Origin: a virus
Lineage: Duplodnaviria; Caudoviricetes
Length of the DNA stretch: 49,757 bases
Virus record (IMG/VR): IMGVR_UViG_3300022879_000179
Location: 1 to 49,757 of that record
Direction: 5' to 3' (one strand)
Part shown: piece after piece, positions 9,625 through 18,207 of the stretch
Layout of the letters: each line of letters begins with the position of its first letter
Position numbering within the stretch: position 1 is the first letter of the stretch
Program-made: the position numbers and the translations under genes
The notes under the pieces: model-generated
What the model saw: only the letters and a program-made list of their open reading frames with translations
The model's database searches: none
Told to the model about the DNA's origin: nothing

Positions 9625-9681
9625 TCGCCAAAACGATAATCATCACTACCAAAGTGATAATTATGTGATTGGTAAAGCGAT
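9599..9681. promoter_or_regulatory. OL operators (ATCGC-N4-GCGAT-like)
   Basis: atagctaaagcgat 9599-9612, atcgccaaaacgat 9624-9637, actaccaaagtgat 9645-9658, attggtaaagcgat 9668-9681. Confidence 0.6.
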
Positions 9682-9728
9682 TTTTAATGAAATTTATCTT
9701 CGTGGTATGCTGATTTTTTTGGAGGAAG

Positions 9729-10109
9729 ATGCTTATGGAGCATAAAGAGTGGGTTGATAAACTCCGCTGGCTTAGCCCTGAACAGATCGTTCAGGTTCAC
9801 TTTGGCCTCCAGGAGGATATTAAGAAGTTCTACAAACTTAGGGAGGAGGGAGATAATCTTGCCAGGGCCGAGCATTTATGCGAACAGATGATTGCGCTAT
9901 CTGAGTTGGCATTCTCGGCTTTACGTAGCGCTCATGACAAAAGGGTTGAAGAATACGAATCTTTAACTGGAAATAAGTATCCCAGTGATTTTTACCCGCC
10001 ATCACATTATGGCTTCTCTCAACTGTCAGTGATCTTGAAAAAAAGAAAGGACTTTCAACGTATAGAGGTTTTACACGAAAAATTGATTAAAGAGGGTTGG
10101 AGATGCTAG
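9729..10109 (+). CDS. Hypothetical all-helical protein in the immunity region, convergent with cI
   Basis: 126 aa, GGAGG RBS, extended -10 TGGTATGCT at 9703-9711. Confidence 0.7.
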   Translation: MLMEHKEWVDKLRWLSPEQIVQVHFGLQEDIKKFYKLREEGDNLARAEHLCEQMIALSELAFSALRSAHDKRVEEYESLTGNKYPSDFYPPSHYGFSQLSVILKKRKDFQRIEVLHEKLIKEGWRC

Positions 10110-10125
10110 CCCGGAAACCGGGCTA
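10107..10125. terminator. Hairpin between convergent genes
   Basis: tagcccgg-aaa-ccgggcta; the arms contain both stop codons. Confidence 0.5.
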
Positions 10126-10815
10126 TGCGAAGCGCTTATAGTCGACAGACTGCCTAAGGAGCACCTTGGCCATCACGTAGAACGCGTCCTCGTCCTCTGG
10201 TTCGACGTACCATTTTTCGTAAATTGGGTTATCGGAGATTACTGCCAGGCGGTCACGCTGCATCTGCAGGCGCTTAACGTGCAGTGTCTTTCCGAAAACA
10301 AAGACGTATACCCCGTCACCATCAAAGTGCGTAACGCTGGTATCAACGAAAATCTGATCGCCAGGTGAAATCGTGCCGTCCATGCTGTCGCCATTTACTG
10401 TTATCACTTTGACGTGCGAAGCAGGTCGGTTGCCGAACAAGGCGCGCGCCTGCTCAGTCGTGTATTCGATGGCTCGGATAGTTTCAATGAAATCGCTGGT
10501 GGCAATACTGCCCGGCCCAGCGCTGGCTTTAACGTCGAGTACATCCACGCGGTAAACCCCATTCAATGACGACTTAACCTGGCAAAGCGCAGTCGGTTCT
10601 CTTGCGCTACTGGAAGCCATTTCCCCTTCACCAGCAGACAGCCACTCTGGCCGCACACCCAGTACAGAGGCGATCTCAACGGTCTTACGTGATCCGTTTG
10701 CATTCTTCAGCAGCTTATTGACGCTGGACTGAGCCATGCCGACATCTTTCGCTAACCGGCCTTGTGTATATCCAGCATGTTTCATTGCCTGCGCCAGGCG
10801 CTCCGAGAATCCCAT
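10123..10815 (-). CDS. cI: CI-like repressor (HTH + S24 peptidase)
   Basis: N-terminal HTH, ASAGPG cleavage site, GDSM serine, VKRL lysine. Confidence 0.92.
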   Translation of the reverse strand: MGFSERLAQAMKHAGYTQGRLAKDVGMAQSSVNKLLKNANGSRKTVEIASVLGVRPEWLSAGEGEMASSSAREPTALCQVKSSLNGVYRVDVLDVKASAGPGSIATSDFIETIRAIEYTTEQARALFGNRPASHVKVITVNGDSMDGTISPGDQIFVDTSVTHFDGDGVYVFVFGKTLHVKRLQMQRDRLAVISDNPIYEKWYVEPEDEDAFYVMAKVLLRQSVDYKRFA

Positions 10816-10846
10816 ATTCACCTCTGTTAATGACCTCTTTAACTCT

Positions 10847-10915
10847 ATCGCTCAAGCGATTATTTAGCAAAAAATCGCCTATGCGATTGACATTCACTAA
10901 GGTGATAAACATAAT
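10847..10915 (+). promoter_or_regulatory. OR operators and pR
   Basis: atcgctcaagcgat 10847-10860, atcgcctatgcgat 10874-10887, ttcactaaggtgat 10893-10906; TTGACA(10887)-N17-CATAAT(10910). Confidence 0.75.
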
Positions 10916-10942
10916 CGCTCTAGACTGATAGCTGAGGTGATT

Positions 10943-11194
10943 ATGAAAACCCAAACAGTAGAGAAGAACTCCGCAGTAGAGAAAGCGATCGCCATCGCTG
11001 GCAGCCAGAAAGAACTGGCAAAACGCTGCGGTAAAGCCCAGTCCACTATCTGCGACTGGCTTAACGGAAAGAAACGCATTTCCCCGGTTCACGTTCCTGA
11101 ACTGGTGAAAGCGGTTGGCGGTGAAATACAGGCACATGAATTCCGCCCGGACCTGCCGTCCATCTTTCCACATCCTGATAACCATGCCGCTTAA
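10943..11194 (+). CDS. cro: Cro-like HTH regulator (YdaS family)
   Basis: GSQKELAKRCGKAQSTICDWLNG HTH, C-terminal RPDL; divergent from cI. Confidence 0.88.
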   Translation: MKTQTVEKNSAVEKAIAIAGSQKELAKRCGKAQSTICDWLNGKKRISPVHVPELVKAVGGEIQAHEFRPDLPSIFPHPDNHAA

Positions 11195-11223
11195 CGGCGG
11201 CCCTAACCACGAAAGGCAAAGCA

Positions 11224-11766
11224 ATGCATTCACTTGCGTATCAACAGAATACCAGAATACACCCGGGAGAAATGATAAACCGCGCTCAACCTAAGGCGGC
11301 TCCAGACCACGAAAAGATCCGCGAAGTAGTCCGGGCGTGGTCGTCGGCGCTGAACAATCAGGACGTCGTGTCAGCGCTGATCATCAACGAATACCGGGAG
11401 CGGGGCGGAACAGCCATCAGCTTCCCGGAGGATATCAGCCGTGCGCGCCAGAAGCTGTTTCGCTTCCTGGATAACCGTTTCGACTCTGAGCAGTACCGCG
11501 AGAACGTCCGCCAGCTGGCCCCGGCAATCATGGCCGTCCTGCCGCTGGAGTTCCGCAACCGTCTGGCGCCGAAGAACGACACAGTGTCGCTGATCGCCTC
11601 TGCGATGAAAGAGTGTGCCGAGGCTAAGCAGGCTGTCCTGCTGGACGCACCAGAGCATCAGAAGCTCAAAGAGCTAAGTGAGGGAATAGCATCACTGTTC
11701 CGTCTGATGCCGGAGCAGTTTGGCCCGCTAATGACGATGGTCACAACCATGCTGGGGGCAATGTGA
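11224..11766 (+). CDS. YdaT-family / CII-like regulator
   Basis: Follows cro; RQKLFRFLD...LAPAIMAVLPLE and KECAEAKQAVLL motifs. Confidence 0.7.
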   Translation: MHSLAYQQNTRIHPGEMINRAQPKAAPDHEKIREVVRAWSSALNNQDVVSALIINEYRERGGTAISFPEDISRARQKLFRFLDNRFDSEQYRENVRQLAPAIMAVLPLEFRNRLAPKNDTVSLIASAMKECAEAKQAVLLDAPEHQKLKELSEGIASLFRLMPEQFGPLMTMVTTMLGAM

Positions 11767-11850
11767 AGACTTCAGAAAAGGCGAAAGCCGGTCTGCGTGA
11801 ACAGAACCGACTTTCAGGTGCAAAAACGGAGTGTAATTGCGGAGCTAAGT

Positions 11851-12768
11851 ATGTCAAACACAGCTGAAATTATCAATTTCCCCCACAAAACCGAACAACC
11901 GGGAGGTCGTATGGCCGACCTGTCGAACGGGTATACCAAGGTCGCTAACGAGATCCAGCAGCTCAAGCCTCGTCTGAAAATGTCAGGCCGGGAGTGGCAG
12001 TGTTTTGAGGCGGTGATCTGGCTTACCTACGGCTGGAACAAGAAGCAGGACCGCGTGACGAACACGGTGATTGCCGAGCTTACAGGGCTGAGTGACTCGC
12101 ATGTTTCTGATGCGCTCAAATCGCTCGCTGAACGCAAAATTATCTTCAGTCAGAAGCAGGGCGTGATGAAAACGGTCGGTATAAATACTGACCTTTCTGC
12201 CTGGATTTTAGACAAGCCGAAAACGGGAAAAGTCTTCCCGAAATCGGGAAAAGTGTTACCGAAAACGGGAAAAACCTTCCCGGAAACGGTAGACACCCAA
12301 GACTATAACAAGAACAATAATAAAATATCCTCGTCTCGGAATTCTGACGAATCCCGAAACCAGAAAACTCAAAAGTTTCTCTCACGCCATCCAGAAGCTG
12401 CCGCCGGGATATACACCCCAGCAGGTAAATCATGGGGATCCTCTGACGACCTCAAGGCAGCACGCTGGATTTACGACAGGCTTCTCACAGTCAACGCATC
12501 GCTATCTGAGCCAAACTGGGCTGAATGGGCAAACACCATCAGGCTGATGCGTGTCCAGGACAAGCGTACTCACTACGAAATCTGTGACCTGTTCCAGTGG
12601 GCCAACCGGGATGAGTTCTGGAAAGACAACATCCTGAGTCCCTCGAGTCTTCGCAAACAGTGGGATCAGCTCACCACCAAACGGATGCGCGCAATCGGAG
12701 CGGTAAAACCTTCCCGGGGCGGTATCGACCTGCATAACACCGACTGGATTGACGGGGTGCTGGAATGA
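11851..12768 (+). CDS. Replication initiator, lambda O-like
   Basis: ADLSNGYTKVANE, TYGWNKK, FWKDNILSPSSLRKQWDQL; contains iterons. Confidence 0.88.
   Translation: MSNTAEIINFPHKTEQPGGRMADLSNGYTKVANEIQQLKPRLKMSGREWQCFEAVIWLTYGWNKKQDRVTNTVIAELTGLSDSHVSDALKSLAERKIIFSQKQGVMKTVGINTDLSAWILDKPKTGKVFPKSGKVLPKTGKTFPETVDTQDYNKNNNKISSSRNSDESRNQKTQKFLSRHPEAAAGIYTPAGKSWGSSDDLKAARWIYDRLLTVNASLSEPNWAEWANTIRLMRVQDKRTHYEICDLFQWANRDEFWKDNILSPSSLRKQWDQLTTKRMRAIGAVKPSRGGIDLHNTDWIDGVLE
12217..12293 (+). repeat. Replication origin iterons (21-bp period)
   Basis: ccgaaaacgggaaaagtcttc / ccgaaatcgggaaaagtgtta / ccgaaaacgggaaaaaccttc / ccggaaacggtaga, followed by an A-rich tract. Confidence 0.8.
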
Positions 12769-13454
12769 AAAACCTTGCCGAGAGCATTCACAATTTTGAC
12801 CGGGAACAGGCTCGCCGCGTGGCGCACAGCATGCCTGAGCAGTACACCGAGCGCGAACAAACGCAGCAGGTGGCGCAGATAATCAACGGGCTATTCGTAC
12901 AGCTGGCGGCCGCGTTCCCGGCAAGCCTGGTTAATCGCAGCCAGGAGGACGTGAACGAGATCCGCCGTCAGTGGGTGCTGGCCTTCAAAGAAAACGGGAT
13001 CACCACTCTGGAACAGGTCGAAGCCGGCATGCGCATGGTTCGTCGTCAGGAGCGTCCATTCTTGCCATCGCCAGGCCAGTTCATCAAGTGGTGCAATGAA
13101 GGGCTCTGTGTGCTGGGGATCACTACCGCTGACGTGATGGCAGAATACTGGAAGTGGCGCAAGCTCGTGTTCCGCTACCCGAGTAGTGAGCAGTATCCAT
13201 GGCCTAAGCCGGTTTTTTATCACATCTGTCTGGAGCTGCGGCGCCGCGGAACAGATGGCCAACTGAGCCACAAAGAGCTTGAGCATGAGGCTAGAGATAT
13301 ACTGGGTATATGGGAAAAGCGCGTTCTTGATGGAAAACCTATCCCACCAATACGCCGAGCACTGGCTGCCCCACCGCAAGGTCGCGGCCCAACCCCGGCA
13401 GAAACATTGATTGTAGAGTATCAACGCCGGAAAGCGGCAGGTTTAACCAAGTAA
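12765..13454 (+). CDS. Replication protein P (DnaB loader)
   Basis: RRQWVLAFKENGITT, RPFLPSPGQFIKWC as in lambda P; ATGA overlap with O. Confidence 0.88.
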   Translation: MKNLAESIHNFDREQARRVAHSMPEQYTEREQTQQVAQIINGLFVQLAAAFPASLVNRSQEDVNEIRRQWVLAFKENGITTLEQVEAGMRMVRRQERPFLPSPGQFIKWCNEGLCVLGITTADVMAEYWKWRKLVFRYPSSEQYPWPKPVFYHICLELRRRGTDGQLSHKELEHEARDILGIWEKRVLDGKPIPPIRRALAAPPQGRGPTPAETLIVEYQRRKAAGLTK

Positions 13455-13468
13455 TCGTGTATTGACCA

Positions 13469-13888
13469 ATGACAAAAATATTAACCCAAAAGAGCAGGTG
13501 GCGGTGTTTGTGCGCTATAAACCCAACTGCGCCGTTGGCGATGTTTCCGAAGCGCTGGACATGGCTTGGTGGGACAGCCGGCAGGCTGCAGCGCAAAATA
13601 ACTGACGAAGGCGTAATCATTCACTCGCGTGAAAGCGTACAGTACATATACAGGGCGATACCGTACGCGGATATTCCAGACGTTGTCCTTCCGTGTATGG
13701 TGGAATAAAGCAATCCAGTTCGAATGCAGGCTGCTGAACAGAAAGCGAAGGAATTTGAGGAAAAGGGTATGTGGCGAAGGGCTGCCACGGTGTATTCAGC
13801 AATGTTTGGCATAGCTGTTAGTGCGGTTGAGGTTGCCCGTATTGCCAAGCTTCGTAAAGACTGCCTGCGTCAGGTGGGGAGGATGTAA
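13469..13888 (+). pseudogene. Disrupted PerC-family regulator
   Basis: Apparent frameshifts near 13490 and 13566 and an in-frame TAA at 13706-13708, followed by AEQKAKEFEEKGMWRRAATVY (PerC-like). Confidence 0.65.
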
Positions 13889-14037
13889 GAATGGCCAACG
13901 ATATGATCATGCATACACCCACCCCCATTACAAGCAGCACTGATGTGAGTCTACATAAGGCCACACCAAGAAAGACATAGCTATAGAGAAACGTGCATTT
14001 TGCGATAATACACCATTGTTGCAGTTAATATAATAGT

Positions 14038-14067
14038 CAAGCCAACCAAGTAACATTGGTTGGCTTG
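14038..14067. terminator. Hairpin downstream of the KAP NTPase
   Basis: caagccaaccaa-gtaaca-ttggttggcttg. Confidence 0.55.
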
Positions 14068-14116
14068 ATGTGAGAAATCCTTTTAGCATAACCCAATATG
14101 CCATCAATGCTCATCG

Positions 14117-16240
14117 TTACCAGTTATCAGACTTTGTAGCATCACGAAGATAATATTTACCCCCATCAAGAATGCTCTTTAGTGCAGCCTGTATTGGGTA
14201 ACTATAATCAGTAATATCTAACAACCCAACCTTGTTTTTTAATTTTTCTAAATTGATAATATCGCCGAAATTGCTTTCATCAATTTGCGCATAAGGCCCG
14301 TTAACTGAATCACTGCCTGCGCGCTCTAGTATCTCAGCAATCCTAATAATTCCATTTTTTTTATTTATTAAACTATCTATAAATTGAGACGCCAAATCTT
14401 TAGATGATCTCTTTAACTCCATAAATATATGAGATTCAAGATGGCTTTTAATGAATCTTTTTGTTTTAAGTGCGTCAAGAGCATTATGTTGATATGTTAT
14501 TTCTAATTTATCAAGTAACTCTTGCGTGACCCATGGGTTAATTTCATCAGTACCATTAAGTTGACGTCTAACTTTGTATAATACATCAGCTCCCAGAGGG
14601 GTGTTTTCTTTTCTAGATATTATGCTTTTGATTAGTTCGTTTTTATTGGTGCTTTCAGAAATGAATTTATTTGTCAGCCAATTCATTTTTCGGTATAAAT
14701 CTGAAGATAGAATTCCGTAATTAGATTCCTGTGATATGATAAGTTTCTCTGAGAATAGGAAGCTATCATATATACTTTTCAAAATATCAAAAGCATCATC
14801 ATCTATAATGCTGGAATAGTTAGTCATCATTTCAAAAAAGCGATCTTCAGCGTTACTTGATTCAACGTCAATTAAGAATTCAGACCTAGATATTTCACCT
14901 CGAATAAATTTAATTATGTCCTGATCTGATAAATATCCAATAGGAGTTTCATAATGAAATGCTACATGTAAGCGTTGAGGTGCAGACACTCTTCCTGCAT
15001 AGTCAGGGTTTGTAACCCCATAATGCGAGTAGCCTCCAAAGGCAAGCAAAGGGAATACTTCACCTAAAAGATTAATCATTAACTTCCGGTCTTTATCATT
15101 GAAAATTTGAAGTTGATGATTTCTTTCATTCTCGAATGTTTTGACTATTTCTTCCGGCTTTTCTAACAAAAGTCCATCATTGGTAAATCTCTTTCCAATA
15201 TATGCTTCAGGATTGTTTTTTATGTGTTCATATAGGCTGTTTGATTTTATTGCTATTAATGATAAAGCAAACAGATCAGAAAAACATACCTGACCTTCTA
15301 CTTGTTCTAAAATAAATCTCAAATGGTTAAAAAGTTTTTTTATTTCCCTTGGGTTCTTAATTAAGTGTTTGAAGTAATTGTGAAATATCCAGCTTAAGCG
15401 TTCTTGATCATTTTCAAAATTTTCTGTGAGATTTTTTTCGCTAAGGTTAGAGAATTCAATTTCTGCAAGCTCGGTTATACTACTCTCTGAAATAACTGGG
15501 AGTGGTACCCGTAATTGAACAATTTTATTGATATAATGTGCGGAGTTTTCTATGCCATTTTTTTTAAGTACTTCAGTTAGATAATTCGGATCAAATGCAA
15601 GCAGGAATGAAGTGCCAGGGAAGTCCGCTACTGCTTTAACCAATCTTAACACCTGAAATGTCTCAGTCGGTGTTAATCTATCAATGTCATCGATAATTAT
15701 AATGATTGGATAAGGAAGTTTTTGTATTTCTTTAGATACTTTCTTTTTTTTACCTAAAAGATCTAACTCCTTCAAGTCTTCGGTTTTTTTTGTAGCGCTT
15801 GATAATTTTGAAAATACTTTATCTAGTATAGATGCCCACGGTTCAGTTCCAGGGACAAGTTTTGCAATATTAAATAAACTTGCATATTTTACCAACTCTT
15901 TCGAGACTTTAAGTGCTAAGGATGTTTTATCCTTAAGGTTTAACTGTGCTGAGAAACTGACCAGAAAATCTTGTATTAAAGATTCGGGATTGCCAGCTAA
16001 CCAAGGGTTATATTCAATGATTGCGGGGTAAGTCTCCTTTTCCTGTAATGCACCTTTAATTAAATTAATTACTGATGTTTTGCCATTTCCCCATTCTCCC
16101 TCTAATGAGACAGTAAGACATTCATCTTCACAATTGAGTAGAAGTACATTTGCTAGTGCGTTGGCAAAACTGAGTCTATTTAGAAGGTCGGGATCATCAA
16201 TTCCGCCATAAATGGGGTTATCGTTATGATATTTGCTCAT
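14117..16240 (-). CDS. KAP-family P-loop NTPase
   Basis: DLLNR, Walker A GEWGNGKTS, YNPW, Walker B IIIIDDIDRL, YINKIVQ, NPREIK; AT-rich; start taken at MSKYH. Confidence 0.88.
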   Translation of the reverse strand: MSKYHNDNPIYGGIDDPDLLNRLSFANALANVLLLNCEDECLTVSLEGEWGNGKTSVINLIKGALQEKETYPAIIEYNPWLAGNPESLIQDFLVSFSAQLNLKDKTSLALKVSKELVKYASLFNIAKLVPGTEPWASILDKVFSKLSSATKKTEDLKELDLLGKKKKVSKEIQKLPYPIIIIIDDIDRLTPTETFQVLRLVKAVADFPGTSFLLAFDPNYLTEVLKKNGIENSAHYINKIVQLRVPLPVISESSITELAEIEFSNLSEKNLTENFENDQERLSWIFHNYFKHLIKNPREIKKLFNHLRFILEQVEGQVCFSDLFALSLIAIKSNSLYEHIKNNPEAYIGKRFTNDGLLLEKPEEIVKTFENERNHQLQIFNDKDRKLMINLLGEVFPLLAFGGYSHYGVTNPDYAGRVSAPQRLHVAFHYETPIGYLSDQDIIKFIRGEISRSEFLIDVESSNAEDRFFEMMTNYSSIIDDDAFDILKSIYDSFLFSEKLIISQESNYGILSSDLYRKMNWLTNKFISESTNKNELIKSIISRKENTPLGADVLYKVRRQLNGTDEINPWVTQELLDKLEITYQHNALDALKTKRFIKSHLESHIFMELKRSSKDLASQFIDSLINKKNGIIRIAEILERAGSDSVNGPYAQIDESNFGDIINLEKLKNKVGLLDITDYSYPIQAALKSILDGGKYYLRDATKSDNW

Positions 16241-16420
16241 ATTTGTCTCTTCGAACAAGAATTTAAAGTTGAATTTTTGTGATAATTGATAAATCAAATG
16301 GTAATTTAAGTCAAGAGAAATTCAAATCAGGAAGTATTTCAGACGTCTGGTTCATGCGCATGATGAAAAAACGTTCCTAAAGCAAACATCTCATTGTTTG
16401 CTGTTACCAAACCCAGAAGA

Positions 16421-16443
16421 TAAAAAGCCCCAAAAGGGGCTTG
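16421..16443 (-). terminator. Intrinsic terminator closing the membrane-protein/peptide operon
   Basis: Minus strand aagcccc-tttt-ggggctt-tttatc right after the peptide-2 stop. Confidence 0.75.
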
Positions 16444-16447
16444 GCAG

Positions 16448-16594
16448 TTATGGCTTCTTAGGTGGTGGCGCTGGTTGCGTAACTTGCTTAGGTGGCTTGT
16501 AACCTTCGTTAAGAGGCTGAGATTTAGGTTGATAACCGTAGTCATTTTCTTTCGGACGGTAACCTTCATTTTTGAATTTTTCGTTATTTGTCAT
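16448..16594 (-). CDS. 48-aa GYxP-repeat peptide 2 (not in ORF track)
   Basis: MTNNEKFKNEGYRPKENDYGYQPKSQPLNEGYKPPKQVTQPAPPPKKP; AAGGA RBS; paralogous to peptide 1. Confidence 0.8.
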   Translation of the reverse strand: MTNNEKFKNEGYRPKENDYGYQPKSQPLNEGYKPPKQVTQPAPPPKKP

Positions 16595-16620
16595 GTGATT
16601 TCCTTTTTAAAAATGATAGT

Positions 16621-16761
16621 TCAAGGTTTCTTCGGCGGGGGTGCTGGTTGTGATGTCTGCTTAAGCGGTTTATATCCACTATTTACATCTTGTTTTGGTT
16701 GGTAGCCTTTATTGTTGGGCTGATAACCATCTTGAGCTATAGGTTTCTTAGTTTCACTCAT
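16621..16761 (-). CDS. 46-aa GYxP-repeat peptide 1
   Basis: MSETKKPIAQDGYQPNNKGYQPKQDVNSGYKPLKQTSQPAPPPKKP; AAGGAG RBS; start overlaps the upstream stop. Confidence 0.8.
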   Translation of the reverse strand: MSETKKPIAQDGYQPNNKGYQPKQDVNSGYKPLKQTSQPAPPPKKP

Positions 16762-17383
16762 TATTATCTCCTTCTTGACTATTTTCACTAGGGTTAGTGA
16801 ATCTGAAAAATTCAATGTGCTCAATATCTTTTGAAAGAATCAAAATGCCAAGGGTATCTGTTCTTGCCCTTTCAAACCCCCCATCTGCGTTGATCACCCA
16901 ATTTTCTTCAAGGTATAGCTGCTCTGGATTAGGAGAGCTTGATGAAAATGAGTCAGCAGAATATTTGCCAGCTATTTTATTTCCATCTTTAAGAGTAACT
17001 ATAACCCATGATGACATTCTTAGACCGAAATAATAATCCCAGGCCCGTCCTGTAGGATGTGGAAGCAAATTACATAGCCACTTCCACGATCGCATCCATA
17101 CAAATAATAAAGTCAAGATGATAGGGCTAACAAAGAGAACACACAAATAGAAAAGCATGTAAGAGATTAAATGAGTGGCACCATATTGCGATTTTTCAAA
17201 TAAATATATAGGTATTAGCCATATAGCATAATTGATGCAACTATATGTTACAACCTCAATAATTGTCTTAGACGTATCAAGTTGAACATTGGGATGTAGT
17301 ACACTGTACAGCTTCATACTTAGAAAACCCGGAATAACGAAGGCTATGAAAATGACCAATTTATTTGTATCCCAAATATCCAT
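16754..17383 (-). CDS. Membrane protein with about 3 TM helices and a soluble beta domain (DUF6338-like)
   Basis: FVIPGF, three hydrophobic segments, PHPTGRAWDYYF, WVIVTLKDGNKIAGKY, QLYLEE, DIEHIEF. Confidence 0.75.
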   Translation of the reverse strand: MDIWDTNKLVIFIAFVIPGFLSMKLYSVLHPNVQLDTSKTIIEVVTYSCINYAIWLIPIYLFEKSQYGATHLISYMLFYLCVLFVSPIILTLLFVWMRSWKWLCNLLPHPTGRAWDYYFGLRMSSWVIVTLKDGNKIAGKYSADSFSSSSPNPEQLYLEENWVINADGGFERARTDTLGILILSKDIEHIEFFRFTNPSENSQEGDNNE

Positions 17384-17571
17384 GTATTTCTTTCCTTACA
17401 CAATAATTCCATAAATAGATTATGCCACTTATCACTTACCAGAAGTATGAAGATTATCACCATCTTCATAGAATTTTTACTCTAGCGGAGCCCCAAGGGT
17501 GGTGTAGTTGCTACCAGTTGGTTCAACAATTCGTGCTGTTATGCCGTTGAACAAACTAACACATCGGAGTG

Positions 17572-17587
17572 CTGTTTATGCATACAG
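17572..17587 (+). promoter_or_regulatory. LexA box upstream of the dinI remnant
   Basis: CTGTTTATGCATACAG (CTG-N10-CAG). Confidence 0.7.
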
Positions 17588-17607
17588 TTAAAACGGCGGA
17601 GGCATTC

Positions 17608-17840
17608 ATGAAAGCTGAATTAACCATTGATCGCACTAAAGAACTTCCTAGGGCGCGGTTTCAGCACTGGAAAAAGAACTGTTAAATCGGCTCCAGAATC
17701 AGTTCGATGAGTGCTGTCTGGTAATAAGGCGTGCAGGCTCCGATGGGTTAAGAGTTTACGGTAGTGAAAAAGAAGCTTAGAAAAAGGTTGAGGATATCCT
17801 CCAGCAGATCTGGGAAAGCGCAGAGGACTGGTTTTATTGA
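17608..17840 (+). pseudogene. dinI: DinI-like pseudogene
   Basis: MKAELTIDRTKELP / frameshift / GAVSALEKELLNRLQNQF...EKEA*KKVEDILQQIWESAEDWFY. Confidence 0.8.
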
Positions 17841-17881
17841 TACAGCATGCAGAAATTTTCCAGTTTTGGAGGGGGAGATTG

Positions 17882-18130
17882 GTGAAACAAAAAGAAGAAT
17901 TACCGAGCAAGGGCTACGTAGTCATCAGATTCCACGATGGAGTTATCGTAGCAAGACTGCACTCATTTCCTGATAGGGGGTGTGCACTCATGTACCGACG
18001 CGGGGGTGAACTGTCATTCATGCCGTTACAGGATGATGAGATGGTAGGAACACCGACACTCCTTACGCAAATACTTGAACGCGCAGGGTTTCGAGTCGCA
18101 GAAAACCAAAGTATGAGTCATCTCATTTAA
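17882..18130 (+). CDS. Conserved phage hypothetical protein
   Basis: GTG start with GGAG RBS; 82 aa. Confidence 0.55.
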   Translation: MKQKEELPSKGYVVIRFHDGVIVARLHSFPDRGCALMYRRGGELSFMPLQDDEMVGTPTLLTQILERAGFRVAENQSMSHLI

Positions 18131-18207
18131 TATTTCCCGCGCCTATCTATAAATTAGGCGCGAGAAATGAAACTTATAACTTGCTATATAATTATCGCAG
18201 CATGCGT

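Noticed and set aside
11180-11225. Possible putR after cro (aaccatgccgc...gcggc)
   Set aside because: Only a short aaccatgc match and a single small hairpin; the two-stem put architecture is absent.
10943-11766. YdaS/YdaT as a toxin-antitoxin system
   Set aside because: Position and motifs fit the ordinary Cro and CII-like regulators of the lytic switch.
12217-12293. CRISPR-like repeats
   Set aside because: Tandem 21-bp units without spacers inside gene O; these are iterons. No CRISPR array or cas gene is seen in the window.
16339-16569. 76-aa minus-strand ORF in the track
   Set aside because: Wrong frame over peptide 2 (16448-16594), which has the RBS and the paralogy; this ORF also runs through the terminator.
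16448-16761. GYxP peptides as multi-core RiPP precursors
   Set aside because: No modifying enzyme, protease or exporter is adjacent and there is no leader or signal peptide; cannot be fully excluded.
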